A stretch of 64,000 bases of DNA, from positions 10,225 through 74,224 of the forward strand of contig DATGZA010000062.1 in NCBI GenBank assembly GCA_035297365.1, read 5' to 3'. The position numbers and the translations under genes were made by a program. Below are positions 21,741-31,956 of this stretch, in pieces (the stretch's first letter is position 1; every line of letters begins with the position of its first letter). This stretch comes from Nitrososphaeraceae archaeon (GTDB lineage Archaea; Thermoproteota; Nitrososphaeria; Nitrososphaerales; Nitrososphaeraceae). The notes below the pieces were generated by a model that saw only the letters and a program-made list of their open reading frames with translations, was not told the origin of the DNA and made no database searches.

Positions 21741-22481
21741 TTAAAGGTCAAGCAAAAATTTTACTCTATATTTCTTTGTATTTTCATCATAATCAATTTC
21801 CATCTCATGGTAGGTAACCGACTTTATTTCCAATTTATAATTGTGTTTAGAAATATCAGGAGATTCTCCCGAACCTACACATTCAATTTCATAGGCGACA
21901 GATCCTATTCGTCCCACATCTATTTTTTTTTCTTCAAGAATTAAATTCATTTCTGCTTTATCTTCGTTTATATGATTGTTCTTAAAAGTAGAAACAATCT
22001 GACTCTTGATTCTGTTACCGTTATCATCTTTTATGACTATACGGAGTTCGAAATATTCAAAGTCATTTATGATTATTTTACCAATATAAATTGCCAAGAG
22101 TATCTTTTCTATCCAATCGTATAACAAACTTTTCAGATCATGCCCTTGTGCCACTATTTTTGTGGTGATTTTTGATTCAACCTTTTCTACATCAAACATA
22201 GAGTTCAATGTACCCGTTGCTGCATTGAGAAAAGTTTCTGTTAGAGTATTGCCGTGTGCTTCCACTATCAAATCAGTCATATGATCCAGATATCTATATC
22301 CTCTTTTCTCAACCGAATCTTCTTCTTTTTCTCTTTCATTCTCAAATTTGCTCCCATTATTTTTACCATTAAGGTATTGGCTTTCATTGATGCCCTTTTC
22401 CTTTTCATTTTTGAATTCACTCCTGAAAAAATTACTGCTATTGTTATTGTCTGATGATCCTTGATAACTTTCTCCCAGCAT
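21741..22481 (-). CDS. Archease with N-terminal extension and internal insertion
   Basis: YRYLDHMTDLIVEAHG...EIKSVTYHEM...FLLDL. Confidence 0.88.
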   Translation of the reverse strand: MLGESYQGSSDNNNSSNFFRSEFKNEKEKGINESQYLNGKNNGSKFENEREKEEDSVEKRGYRYLDHMTDLIVEAHGNTLTETFLNAATGTLNSMFDVEKVESKITTKIVAQGHDLKSLLYDWIEKILLAIYIGKIIINDFEYFELRIVIKDDNGNRIKSQIVSTFKNNHINEDKAEMNLILEEKKIDVGRIGSVAYEIECVGSGESPDISKHNYKLEIKSVTYHEMEIDYDENTKKYRVKFLLDL

Positions 22482-22576
22482 TATGTCAAATACCAGAAAA
22501 AGATACCATATATTCTATATAATATTTTAATAAATCGGAAAATCTAAATCCCAACCTTTTCATCCCTTATCATACT

Positions 22577-23866
22577 TTGAAAGTAGATCTTCCAAGAGGA
22601 ATGAGAGATTTAACCAGTAACGATTCATACTATATTGATTATATAAAGAGAAAATTTTTTGAAGTTGTATCAACTTACAATTTTCAGATATTAGAACCAT
22701 CTCCACTGGAACTTTTGTCTACACTCGAGGTAAAGAGTGGCGCTTCAATAATAAACGAGATTTATGGATTTACGGATAAAGGCGGAAGAAGTATAGCACT
22801 TCGATATGACCTTACAGTTGGAATGACAAGGTTTGCAACCTCAAGACGTGATATGCGTCTTCCAATAAAGCTAGCATCCTTTGGTGGAGTCTGGAGATAT
22901 GACGAACCTCAGGCAGGGCGATATAGATATTTCCATCAATGGGATATCGAGCTTTATGATAGCTTCGACATCGATTCAGATGCAGAAATCATAGAATTTG
23001 TTTCCAATTTCTTTGACAAACTTGGTATTGGTAATAGCATTATAATAGAGGTAAGTGATAGAAGGATACTTGAAGAATATATTAAATTAAACTTCAAGCT
23101 GGAAAATGAGAGTCTATTATCTGAAATCTTTAGAGCTATAGATAAAGTACCCAAAAAGGGCATACAAGATGTCTGTCGGGAATACAAAGAAGTAATAGAT
23201 GAAAATTTATTAAAGGATCTTTTACAAGTTTTCTCATTTAAAGGAGATCTGGAAGATTTAAAATCCAATCCAAAAATAAATAATCTAGAATGTATAAAAT
23301 ACCTTGAGGAACTGCTTGTATCCTTAAAATATAGAAATGTTCCAAACGTTAGAATAAATTTGGGAATAGTTAGAGGTTTGGACTATTATTCTGGAATGGT
23401 ATTCGAAGTATTTGATACCAAATCTGATGTAGGCTCTCTAGTTGGAGGAGGTCGTTACGACAAACTTACAAGCGTATTTGGAAGATCGGATATTGGAGCA
23501 GCTGGTGCTGCTGGAGGAGTAGAAAGGATCATTTTAGCATTACAATCTCGCGAAAATTTCCTACCGTCTGAGGAAAAAAATATAATTTATCTTGCAAATT
23601 CAGGAGAGGAGGTTCGAAATCATTTATTACGTCTGGTGAATTTTCTGAGAAAAAAAGGGTTTATTATAGAATATGATATCTCCAATAGGACACTAAAAAA
23701 GCAACTAAGTGATGCCTCATCAAAAAAGGCAAAAATTGCGATTATAGTGGGCCCAGAAGAAATAAGCCGTCAAAAGTTAAAGTTACGCAATATGAAAACA
23801 GGTTCAGAATCAATGGAGAAAATAAACGGAATAGAAAAAAGGATAGCTGAACTTCTTTTATTATAG
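22577..23866 (+). CDS. hisS: Histidine--tRNA ligase
   Basis: PRGMRD, LRYDLT, WRYDEPQAGRYR, VRGLDYY, GGGRYD. Confidence 0.97.
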   Translation: MKVDLPRGMRDLTSNDSYYIDYIKRKFFEVVSTYNFQILEPSPLELLSTLEVKSGASIINEIYGFTDKGGRSIALRYDLTVGMTRFATSRRDMRLPIKLASFGGVWRYDEPQAGRYRYFHQWDIELYDSFDIDSDAEIIEFVSNFFDKLGIGNSIIIEVSDRRILEEYIKLNFKLENESLLSEIFRAIDKVPKKGIQDVCREYKEVIDENLLKDLLQVFSFKGDLEDLKSNPKINNLECIKYLEELLVSLKYRNVPNVRINLGIVRGLDYYSGMVFEVFDTKSDVGSLVGGGRYDKLTSVFGRSDIGAAGAAGGVERIILALQSRENFLPSEEKNIIYLANSGEEVRNHLLRLVNFLRKKGFIIEYDISNRTLKKQLSDASSKKAKIAIIVGPEEISRQKLKLRNMKTGSESMEKINGIEKRIAELLLL

Positions 23867-24133
23867 TTTTAACATTTGAATACTTTTCATTTTTATTATT
23901 CCACTTCGTTTTTTCTCGTATACATTTCTGATAACAAGATCAGGTGGGTCATAACTTATGAATAAATCTCCTTCCTCTAATTCATTGGTATTATAGCTAA
24001 TCAGGATATCATCCTTATCAATGCCATTGTAGACAAGTAAATTTTTGGCCTTTAGTATTATTTCTTCATCGGATGTGTTTGGAGCTAGAAAGACTCTCTT
24101 TGAGTAATTTATTACCATAATTATTAACAACAA
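23861..24133 (-). CDS. Hypothetical protein
   Basis: Convergent 90-aa ORF (true start possibly ATG of MVINYS). Confidence 0.55.
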   Translation of the reverse strand: MLLIIMVINYSKRVFLAPNTSDEEIILKAKNLLVYNGIDKDDILISYNTNELEEGDLFISYDPPDLVIRNVYEKKRSGIIKMKSIQMLKL

Positions 24134-24479
24134 GATACTTGAATAACCAATAATTAAATGTAAAAAATAATACTATAGTTTTATGCATTTGGTTGTTTTT
24201 TCTTGAAATTACTAAAATCAAATTTTGGTGACTTATCGTGACGGTCTGATCTGTTTTATTCATTCCATCTATTTCTTCTTATAGATCATTTCTCTTCTTG
24301 GATTCCACTTGATTCTTCGAATAAATGATTTTATCCTTATATGTTACAAACTAACCTCCCTCATACTTAGCTGCAAATTTTTTTTATAATTTGTCATTAC
24401 AAGAACTAAAAATACGTACCAATCAAGCAAAAGGTATATTTGTATTACCTATCTATTCGTTTTTGGGATAATATTTACT

Positions 24480-26207
24480 GTGACAGATTCGATTCATCAT
24501 GATGTTGTTATAATAGGTTCGGGGTTAGCAGGTCTTCGAGCTGCTATAGCTGCTGCGTCTACAGGAAAAAACAAGACTAGCATCGGTGTCTTCTCCAAGG
24601 TACAGGTCATGCGATCACACTCAGTTTCTGCGGAGGGAGGTACTGCAGCAGTGATCTTTGAAGATGAAGGAGATAACCAAGAGTCTCATATTTACGATAC
24701 AATAAAAGGAAGTGACTTTCTTGCAGATCAAGACGTTGCTGAAAGACTAGCAAGCAATATCCCTCATGAAATATATCAACTTGATCATTGGGGTATGCCT
24801 TGGTCTAGGCGAGAAGATGGTAGAATAGGACAAAGGAAATTTGGAGGATATTCTTTTCCGAGAGCAACATTTGCCCAAGACAAGGTTGGATTCTACCTGA
24901 TGCAAACTCTATACGATACCTGTCTTAAGTTTGATAATATTCATTTTTACAATGAATGGTTCTGTACAAGTATTTTAAAAGACAACAGTAAATTCAGAGG
25001 TCTTACTGCAATAGAGCTGAAAAACGGTAACTTTATCACTGTGAAATCACCAGCAGGAATTATCTGTACTGGAGGAGCGGGTCGAATCTACAGTTTCTCG
25101 ACTTATGCATATTCTTCTACGCCTGATGGAATTGATATAGCATTTAGAGCTGGACTTGCTTTGAAGGATATGGAATTTGTTCAGTTCCACCCTACCGGTA
25201 TCCTTCCTTCAGGTATTTTAATAACAGAAGGAGCTAGAGGAGAGGGCGGTTATTTGATAAATAATACTGGAGAAAGATTCATGAAAAATTATGCTCCAGA
25301 AAAATTGGAACTCGCGCCGAGAGATGTGGTCTCTAGATCGATGATAAAGGAGATAGAGGCTGGTCGTGGATTCAAACATGAATCTGGTTACGATTGTTTA
25401 AAATTGGATTTAACGCATCTTGGAGATGAAAAGATAAAAGAACGATTAGCAGGAATAAGAGAAATTGGAATCAAATTTTCTGGTGTAGATGTAATAGATG
25501 AACCAATAGAGATAAGACCTGTCTGTCACTACATGATGGGAGGAATTCATACTGATGTCGACGGTAGGACAGAATTGGCTGGTTTGTGGGCGGCTGGTGA
25601 GGCCGCATGTAACAGCACACACGGTGCCAATCGTCTGGGGGCAAATTCTACCTCCGAATGTATCGTATGGGGACGAATAACTGGCGAATTTGCTGCCAGT
25701 TTTGCACTGTCGAGCAAAGAAAAAAATAGAACTCATGATTCTTCAACAGAACAGGTTCAGACAGAGGAAAAAAGGATCTATGATGGCATTTTCAGAGGAA
25801 AAGGAGACGTAAATCCATACCAGGCCAGAAAAGAACTAACTGATACCATGGATGCTAAATCCTATGTATTTAGAAATGAAGAGTCTCTTGTTGAAGGATT
25901 GAAAAAAATAAGAGAATTAAAGAGTCAAACATGGAAGCACGTAGATGATAAATCAAAAGAATATAATACTAATTTTGTAAACGTCATGGAGATTGATGCA
26001 ATGATGAGAACTGCAGAAGTAGTGTTATTAGGCGCAATAAATAGAAGAGAATCTAGAGGAGCTCATTCCAGATTAGATTTTCCTAATCGTGATGATGTTA
26101 ACTTTTTAAAACATACTCTTGCCTATTACAGTGCAGATGGGGAACCTAAAATGACGTGGCACCCTGTGATAATTACTAGATATGCCCCCGTGGAGAGGAG
26201 ATACTGA
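24480..26207 (+). CDS. sdhA: Succinate dehydrogenase flavoprotein subunit
   Basis: GSGLAG, RSHSVSAEGG, QFHPTG, TEGARGEGG, LAPRDVVSR, HYMMGG, HGANRLGANS. Confidence 0.96.
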   Translation: MTDSIHHDVVIIGSGLAGLRAAIAAASTGKNKTSIGVFSKVQVMRSHSVSAEGGTAAVIFEDEGDNQESHIYDTIKGSDFLADQDVAERLASNIPHEIYQLDHWGMPWSRREDGRIGQRKFGGYSFPRATFAQDKVGFYLMQTLYDTCLKFDNIHFYNEWFCTSILKDNSKFRGLTAIELKNGNFITVKSPAGIICTGGAGRIYSFSTYAYSSTPDGIDIAFRAGLALKDMEFVQFHPTGILPSGILITEGARGEGGYLINNTGERFMKNYAPEKLELAPRDVVSRSMIKEIEAGRGFKHESGYDCLKLDLTHLGDEKIKERLAGIREIGIKFSGVDVIDEPIEIRPVCHYMMGGIHTDVDGRTELAGLWAAGEAACNSTHGANRLGANSTSECIVWGRITGEFAASFALSSKEKNRTHDSSTEQVQTEEKRIYDGIFRGKGDVNPYQARKELTDTMDAKSYVFRNEESLVEGLKKIRELKSQTWKHVDDKSKEYNTNFVNVMEIDAMMRTAEVVLLGAINRRESRGAHSRLDFPNRDDVNFLKHTLAYYSADGEPKMTWHPVIITRYAPVERRY

Positions 26208-26708
26208 ATGACTGTGTCTGAGAATTTAGATTCATCATCCTCTGACTCTAATGTGAACAAAAAGAGCATTGAAGCAAATCTTAGAACAAATAGGGAGGGG
26301 TTGAAAGGATGGCTAAACCCTTCACGATATGGATGGGAAAGAGTATCATATTGGTTGCAGCGTCTGACAGGCGTATTTCTTTTAGTGTACTTTGTGGGAC
26401 ACGTTTATGAAACTAGCTCTCTTGTTAGTGGTCCTGATGCATGGGCTACAATGCTCGAAATGACCCAGACAATATGGGGACATCTCTTCTTGATGACTGT
26501 GATAGGTGCAAGTACCTTTCATACTATAAACGGTATACGACTGATCTTTACACACGTGGGAATGGGTTTAGGCAAACCCGGTAGACCAGATTATCCATAC
26601 GATCCTACTTCTATCAATACAAAAGAGCGTTCTGGAATATGGATAGCTCTTGTATTGGCAGCTGTAGCCATGCTTTATGGTGCAAGTGTCTTGTTTGGAG
26701 GCGAATAA
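26208..26708 (+). CDS. sdhC: Succinate dehydrogenase cytochrome b subunit
   Basis: LQRLTG, FHTINGIR; three TM helices; operon position. Confidence 0.9.
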   Translation: MTVSENLDSSSSDSNVNKKSIEANLRTNREGLKGWLNPSRYGWERVSYWLQRLTGVFLLVYFVGHVYETSSLVSGPDAWATMLEMTQTIWGHLFLMTVIGASTFHTINGIRLIFTHVGMGLGKPGRPDYPYDPTSINTKERSGIWIALVLAAVAMLYGASVLFGGE

Positions 26709-26711
26709 AAA

Positions 26712-27101
26712 TTGAAGAACGATTCACGAAGAACCGGAATTAGCACATCTCTTCTAAAAGAAAGCCAAATTATGAAGATCCATTATATCACTGGAGTTTG
26801 TGCACTAGTTGTTGTAGCAATACATATCATGATGCGTTTAATAATGCCATACAACATGTCGTTGGAATTTGAAAATGTTATTTTAAACTACAAGAACATA
26901 TTTTATGCTATTTTGCTAGAAACAATTTTAGTACTTATTGCTATACATGGGTTTAACGGTCTCAGGATTATATTATTGGAGTTTAGACAGAATGAACTAT
27001 GGGAGAAGAGTGTAAACATTTTTGTAATAATTGCGATGATAGGAATAATTGCCTTTGGAACTAGAACTATAATAGTTGCAAATGGCTTATCTTTAGGTTA
27101 A
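26712..27101 (+). CDS. sdhD: Succinate dehydrogenase membrane anchor subunit
   Basis: HYITG, IHGFNGLRIILLE; three TM helices. Confidence 0.88.
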   Translation: MKNDSRRTGISTSLLKESQIMKIHYITGVCALVVVAIHIMMRLIMPYNMSLEFENVILNYKNIFYAILLETILVLIAIHGFNGLRIILLEFRQNELWEKSVNIFVIIAMIGIIAFGTRTIIVANGLSLG

Positions 27102-27129
27102 AAGAATGGGAAACATGAAGTGAAATAGA

Positions 27130-28044
27130 ATGGAAAATAATAAAAACAAAAAAAGTTTTAATAATGAGAACAAAAGTAAAATTGAAAAGGAAATCAGTTT
27201 CGAGAATAAAAAAGAAAATATGAAAAATGAAGGGAATGGCAATGAACATTTTAAAGAAAGCATCAAGCTTAAAGTATTCAGGATGAATGCTGTCAGAGAG
27301 ACAAAGAAGGATTCACCACATTACGATGAATTCCAAGTACCTGTTAAAAGATGGACAACTGTACTTGACGCTTTATTGCATGCAAAAAGCTATCAAGATA
27401 GTAGTATTGGTATAAGATATTCATGTAGGATGGCTACATGTGGATCCTGTGGAATGAAAATAAATGGAAAACCAAGACTGGCATGTTACACTAAAATATC
27501 TGAATTAGAAGGAGATACTATTACTTGTGAACCCTTGGCAAACTTTCCCTATATCAGAGACCTTGTTACTGATTTTTCACAGTTCTTTCAACACCACAAG
27601 AATATCATGCCTTACATACAGAATGAAAATGCAGACATGAAAGATAATAGTGAACTATCTGAATATTTGCAGACTCCTGAAGATGTAGACAAATTCCTAC
27701 AATTCTCATATTGTATTAAATGTGGATTGTGTTATTCGGCATGTCCAACAGTTGCAACAGACACAAAATTTCCTGGACCCCAAGCACTATCACAGGCATA
27801 TAGGTATTTTTCCGATTCGAGGGATTCAGATAAAACCAATCGACTGAATGTCCTTGATGATAGGCATGGTATATGGAGGTGTCATTTTGCAGGATCCTGC
27901 AGTCATGTCTGTCCAAAGGGAGTTGATCCAGCTTTGGGAATACAACTACTAAGAAACCATTTGCTAGGATTCTCAAAAAATGAAAAAAAGATATCTTCCT
28001 TGCAAGATAGATCATCTAAAGACAAAACAGAAAACGATATATAA
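27130..28044 (+). CDS. sdhB: Succinate dehydrogenase iron-sulfur subunit
   Basis: SCRMATCGSC, CIKCGLCYSACP, CHFAGSCSHVCP. Confidence 0.96.
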   Translation: MENNKNKKSFNNENKSKIEKEISFENKKENMKNEGNGNEHFKESIKLKVFRMNAVRETKKDSPHYDEFQVPVKRWTTVLDALLHAKSYQDSSIGIRYSCRMATCGSCGMKINGKPRLACYTKISELEGDTITCEPLANFPYIRDLVTDFSQFFQHHKNIMPYIQNENADMKDNSELSEYLQTPEDVDKFLQFSYCIKCGLCYSACPTVATDTKFPGPQALSQAYRYFSDSRDSDKTNRLNVLDDRHGIWRCHFAGSCSHVCPKGVDPALGIQLLRNHLLGFSKNEKKISSLQDRSSKDKTENDI

Positions 28045-28380
28045 AATAGAATTAATGATATTTTATTCTTTTAATCTTTTGTTATCGAAATTTTTAATCT
28101 ACCTCCTTGTTTAAACTATATGATTTACTTTTTGCGTTTCTTTCAATATTGTATAATAATACTACACATTTTCTGTACACGGCGGTTGATTTTAGATTGT
28201 CTTCAGGATAGATCTCAAATCTGTGGAATCAGTATCACAATGAGGATACACCGTCTCCTCCTTAAATCTTGTACATGATATAAAATAAAAAATAAGTCTT
28301 ACAAAGATATTCTATTTAGAACATATTTTTCTTTTAACAAGTTGATTTATATCACTTGAATAAGGTTTGAATTTACTATC

Positions 28381-28740
28381 TTACTTTTCTTCTGCTTTGT
28401 CCTTTTCAGGAAATTTACTTTCGTTTACCTGTTTGTTTATTGCCTCTGCCATAAAGTGATTACTCACATTTACCTTTACTTGTTCGATGTTTCCTATCTT
28501 GTAAATGTTATCTCTGACATCCTGAGCAATTTTAAAACCAAATACTGCTGGACAAAACGGACTTGTTAAATGTAAATCAACGTTTACTTGATTATCATTA
28601 ATATCCACCTTATCAACCAATTCCAATTCCATTATCGAGACTCCGATTTCCGGATCTACTATTTTCGACAATTCATCAAAGATTAACCTACGGGTTTGTT
28701 GAATATCCTCAGACATCATACAAATTTTATCAAAAACCAT
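28381..28740 (-). CDS. DUF59/MIP18/SufT-family Fe-S cluster assembly factor
   Basis: IVDPEIGVSIMELELV, LTSPFCP (true start probably at MMSED). Confidence 0.9.
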   Translation of the reverse strand: MVFDKICMMSEDIQQTRRLIFDELSKIVDPEIGVSIMELELVDKVDINDNQVNVDLHLTSPFCPAVFGFKIAQDVRDNIYKIGNIEQVKVNVSNHFMAEAINKQVNESKFPEKDKAEEK

Positions 28741-28890
28741 ATTTAATGATTGATGTGGATTAAAGATGTTCCAATATAATAACAGATTATTTACTGAATT
28801 GAGTTTAGATTACTAATGGAATAATATGCCATCTTTTGAGAATAGATAAATATATTATATTGAAATCCTGTTTAATATTGATAAATATTC

Positions 28891-30399
28891 TTGTATAGAT
28901 CTAGACAGACCGAAAATCTAGATAAAAATGTTCTTGATTATCTTTCTTCCCTAGATGATGATATTAACTTATTTTATTATGATATTGTTGGAACTCAAGC
29001 ACATTGTATGATGTTAAACAAAATTGGAATTTTAGACCATCAAGAATTATCAAGACTTCTATCTTCTTTAAGTGAACTAAAGGATAATTGCATTGATCAG
29101 GCGAAGGTTAGAAAGATACTATCATCAGATTCCTCTGAAGATATTCATGAACAGATTGAAGCCCTAGTAACGCAAAGTATAGGTTTAGAAGTGGGTGGTA
29201 AGATGCATACAGGACGTTCCAGAAATGATCAGGTAGCATTAGATATTATTATGAAAGCAAGGGATGACCTCCTAGTTATATCCAACCTCATAACTAACCT
29301 ACTAAGATCCTTGATAACAAGATCAAAAGAATATCAAACAACGATTGTCTCTCTATACACTCATTTACAACAGGCACAAATAGGCACCTTTTCTCACTAT
29401 CTACTATCATATTCTTACAGTCTATTAAGAGATCTCGAACGCTTTAATATGATCTTTGATAGGATAAATAAATCTCCGTTGGGTGCATGTGCAATTGGTG
29501 GTACTAGCATACCCATAGATAGAAAGTACACCGCTTCTCTGCTAGGATTTGATGGACTGGTAGAAAATTCTATTGATGCTACTAGTTCTAGAGATGTAAT
29601 TATCGAATTTTTATCTTCACACGCAATCTTAATGACTTCCTTAAGCCGAATTGCCGAAGATTTTATTATCTGGTCAACTTCAGAATTTAATTATATCGAA
29701 CTTGCAGACAAATATAGTTCAACATCGAGTGTAATGCCACAAAAGAAAAATCCAGATCCCTTAGAAATTTTGCGTTCACATTCATCTATTGTTACAGGCA
29801 ATCTCCTTTCAGCATTGACAATAATAAAGAGCCTTCCAACCGGTTATAGTAGAGACCTGCAAAATATCAAGCCCTTATTGTGGAAATCTACTGCTATAGT
29901 AACAAATTCTTTGATAATAATGGTAGGAATAATAGATACATTTAAAGTGAACAAAAACATCGCATTAGAGCAAGCTAATAAGAGCTATGCAGTCTCTTTA
30001 GATATTGCTGAACAGTTGGTGATCAAATACAATATCCCATTTCGGCAAGCTCACAAATTGGTAGGACGTCTTGTACAATATGCGATAAAAAATAACGACA
30101 GTATTAGTTTAAAGGACATTCCAAAGGAAGAACTTTCAAAGAGTCTTGATTCTATTAATATACATATAGATATAGATGATTTACATACAATTGTTAGAGA
30201 CACAATTTCAGAAAATTCTATATACTTAAGAAAATCAACAGGTTCTCCGAATCCGAATGAACAGAAAAAAATGCTGGAATCAATAGAAAATTTACTTATA
30301 GATACAGAAAATATCTTATCTAAAAGAACTAATATGGTAGATCAGGCTTTTAAAAATCTTCAACAACTGGTAATTGAAAAATGTAAATTAGATAAATAA
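28891..30399 (+). CDS. argH: Argininosuccinate lyase
   Basis: EDIHE, HTGRSRNDQ, YTHLQQAQ, SSVMPQKKNPD. Confidence 0.96.
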   Translation: MYRSRQTENLDKNVLDYLSSLDDDINLFYYDIVGTQAHCMMLNKIGILDHQELSRLLSSLSELKDNCIDQAKVRKILSSDSSEDIHEQIEALVTQSIGLEVGGKMHTGRSRNDQVALDIIMKARDDLLVISNLITNLLRSLITRSKEYQTTIVSLYTHLQQAQIGTFSHYLLSYSYSLLRDLERFNMIFDRINKSPLGACAIGGTSIPIDRKYTASLLGFDGLVENSIDATSSRDVIIEFLSSHAILMTSLSRIAEDFIIWSTSEFNYIELADKYSSTSSVMPQKKNPDPLEILRSHSSIVTGNLLSALTIIKSLPTGYSRDLQNIKPLLWKSTAIVTNSLIIMVGIIDTFKVNKNIALEQANKSYAVSLDIAEQLVIKYNIPFRQAHKLVGRLVQYAIKNNDSISLKDIPKEELSKSLDSINIHIDIDDLHTIVRDTISENSIYLRKSTGSPNPNEQKKMLESIENLLIDTENILSKRTNMVDQAFKNLQQLVIEKCKLDK

Positions 30400-30519
30400 T
30401 ATTTTTTATTAATAGTGACTTTGAAATGATAAAGAAATATTTTTTTAGGTTTTATTAATATTAAGTCATTCAGATATTAGTTCTAAATGAACGGAAACAT
30501 TAATTGCAATACATAAAAG

Positions 30520-30618
30520 TAGCCCGGCCCAGATTCGAACTGGGGTCAAAGGCTCCAAAGGCCTTTATGCTTGGCCGCTACACTCGGCGGAAAAATATAT
30601 TTTTCCCTCCACCGGGCT
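30520..30618 (-). tRNA. tRNA-Gln(TTG) with 26-nt non-canonical intron (30608-30583) at position 10/11
   Basis: Acceptor stem AGCCCGG/CCGGGCT (A1-U72), anticodon arm AAGGC-CT-TTG-GA-GCCTT, T arm CCCAGTTCGAATCTGGG; BHB flanks the insert. Confidence 0.92.
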
Positions 30619-30666
30619 TCCGGGCATTATTTCGTATTAATAACTTGAATTATAATGTTATGAATT

Positions 30667-31821
30667 TCAAATAAATTTCTTAAATTGTACTATTGGGTCT
30701 TCCATACTATCTATAAATTTCAAAGATTTTTCACACAATCTTTTTTGAAATCCCGATACTTTGTATTTTTTTAGTTTATCATTATTTTTAAAATCTTTTT
30801 TCTCGTTTTTAATTTTAGAGAAAATGTTGTGTGTATATCTAGTTAACTCTTTTTCATTTCTTATTTTCTTTACAAATCCGCATCTTATAAGAAAGTTTTC
30901 CACGTAAAAGCTAATAGGTGCAATAGAAATGACTGGTTTACCAAGCAATGCTGCCTCCGCGCTCATAGTACCTCCAGCACCAATAAACAGATCTATCTCT
31001 CTTAATAACGAGGTTCCATCCACCACATTTTCGAGTATTTGAACTTTATTTTCATATCTCTGTTTGAAAAAATCTATTTGATCTTGGTATCTTCCAAGAA
31101 GTAATACCTTAGAGTAAAGGGAAAAATTTTTAACAATACTATCAATCAACGCTACAGAATTTTTCAGATTTTTGTTATCTGTTATATAGGATGCCTTTGC
31201 TTCTTCCGGCCTAATTAAGATAGTGAATTGGTTTTTTTTATTTTTTTTCGATATTGTATTTGACCATCCTCCACACTCTTTAATTTTTTCCCTCTCTCTT
31301 TTTACCCAAACAACAGGGTCAATTGCTCTATATCTGGTAATTTTTTCTCTATTGATTCCTAGATTTAACCATGCTTTATATGGTATAATCCATGGACAGA
31401 AAAGCCGGTCACAAATTGGGACACTTAGTTTCGCTACAGCCAATGCATGTGGAGAATCATTGAAGATATAGTGTTTTACACCTAATCCAAACGATACTCT
31501 TGAAGCTTCTGGGGAGGAAAAGGAGACAGTTAGATCAGGTTCAAAGGAGTTAATAATGTCTGCAAGTTTTCGAATTCTTTCACTGCTAGCTACTAATTTT
31601 TCATATCTGTCCTTTCCTCCATGTTTGCCAACTATTTTTATTCTTACTTTTTTTATTTTTGCTAACTCTATTGCCTCTCTGTAGTCTCGTCCAGTACAGA
31701 ATATTTCATGTCCAGATTCTTCCAGATCTTCAACGAAATATTTGAAGAACATTATCTGTTTGGGGGTAAGAATATCGAACCAGATTCTCAAGTTATTGTG
31801 ATAGTTACCATTACTTATCAA
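30667..31821 (-). CDS. DUF354 family GT-B fold protein
   Basis: IWFDILTPKQ, VGKHGG, SFSSPEA, GAGGTMSAEAALLGKP. Confidence 0.88.
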   Translation of the reverse strand: MISNGNYHNNLRIWFDILTPKQIMFFKYFVEDLEESGHEIFCTGRDYREAIELAKIKKVRIKIVGKHGGKDRYEKLVASSERIRKLADIINSFEPDLTVSFSSPEASRVSFGLGVKHYIFNDSPHALAVAKLSVPICDRLFCPWIIPYKAWLNLGINREKITRYRAIDPVVWVKREREKIKECGGWSNTISKKNKKNQFTILIRPEEAKASYITDNKNLKNSVALIDSIVKNFSLYSKVLLLGRYQDQIDFFKQRYENKVQILENVVDGTSLLREIDLFIGAGGTMSAEAALLGKPVISIAPISFYVENFLIRCGFVKKIRNEKELTRYTHNIFSKIKNEKKDFKNNDKLKKYKVSGFQKRLCEKSLKFIDSMEDPIVQFKKFI

Positions 31822-31956
31822 TGAATACTTTTCTCTTTATCTTGAGAATAAGAAGATAAATCTGAATGAAAATTAGTTTATCCATTCATCGTCTGCTATA
31901 AAAAAATTAGGGAAAAAAAATAAATAACTTTACTAAGGAGGAAATTTCATATTTTA

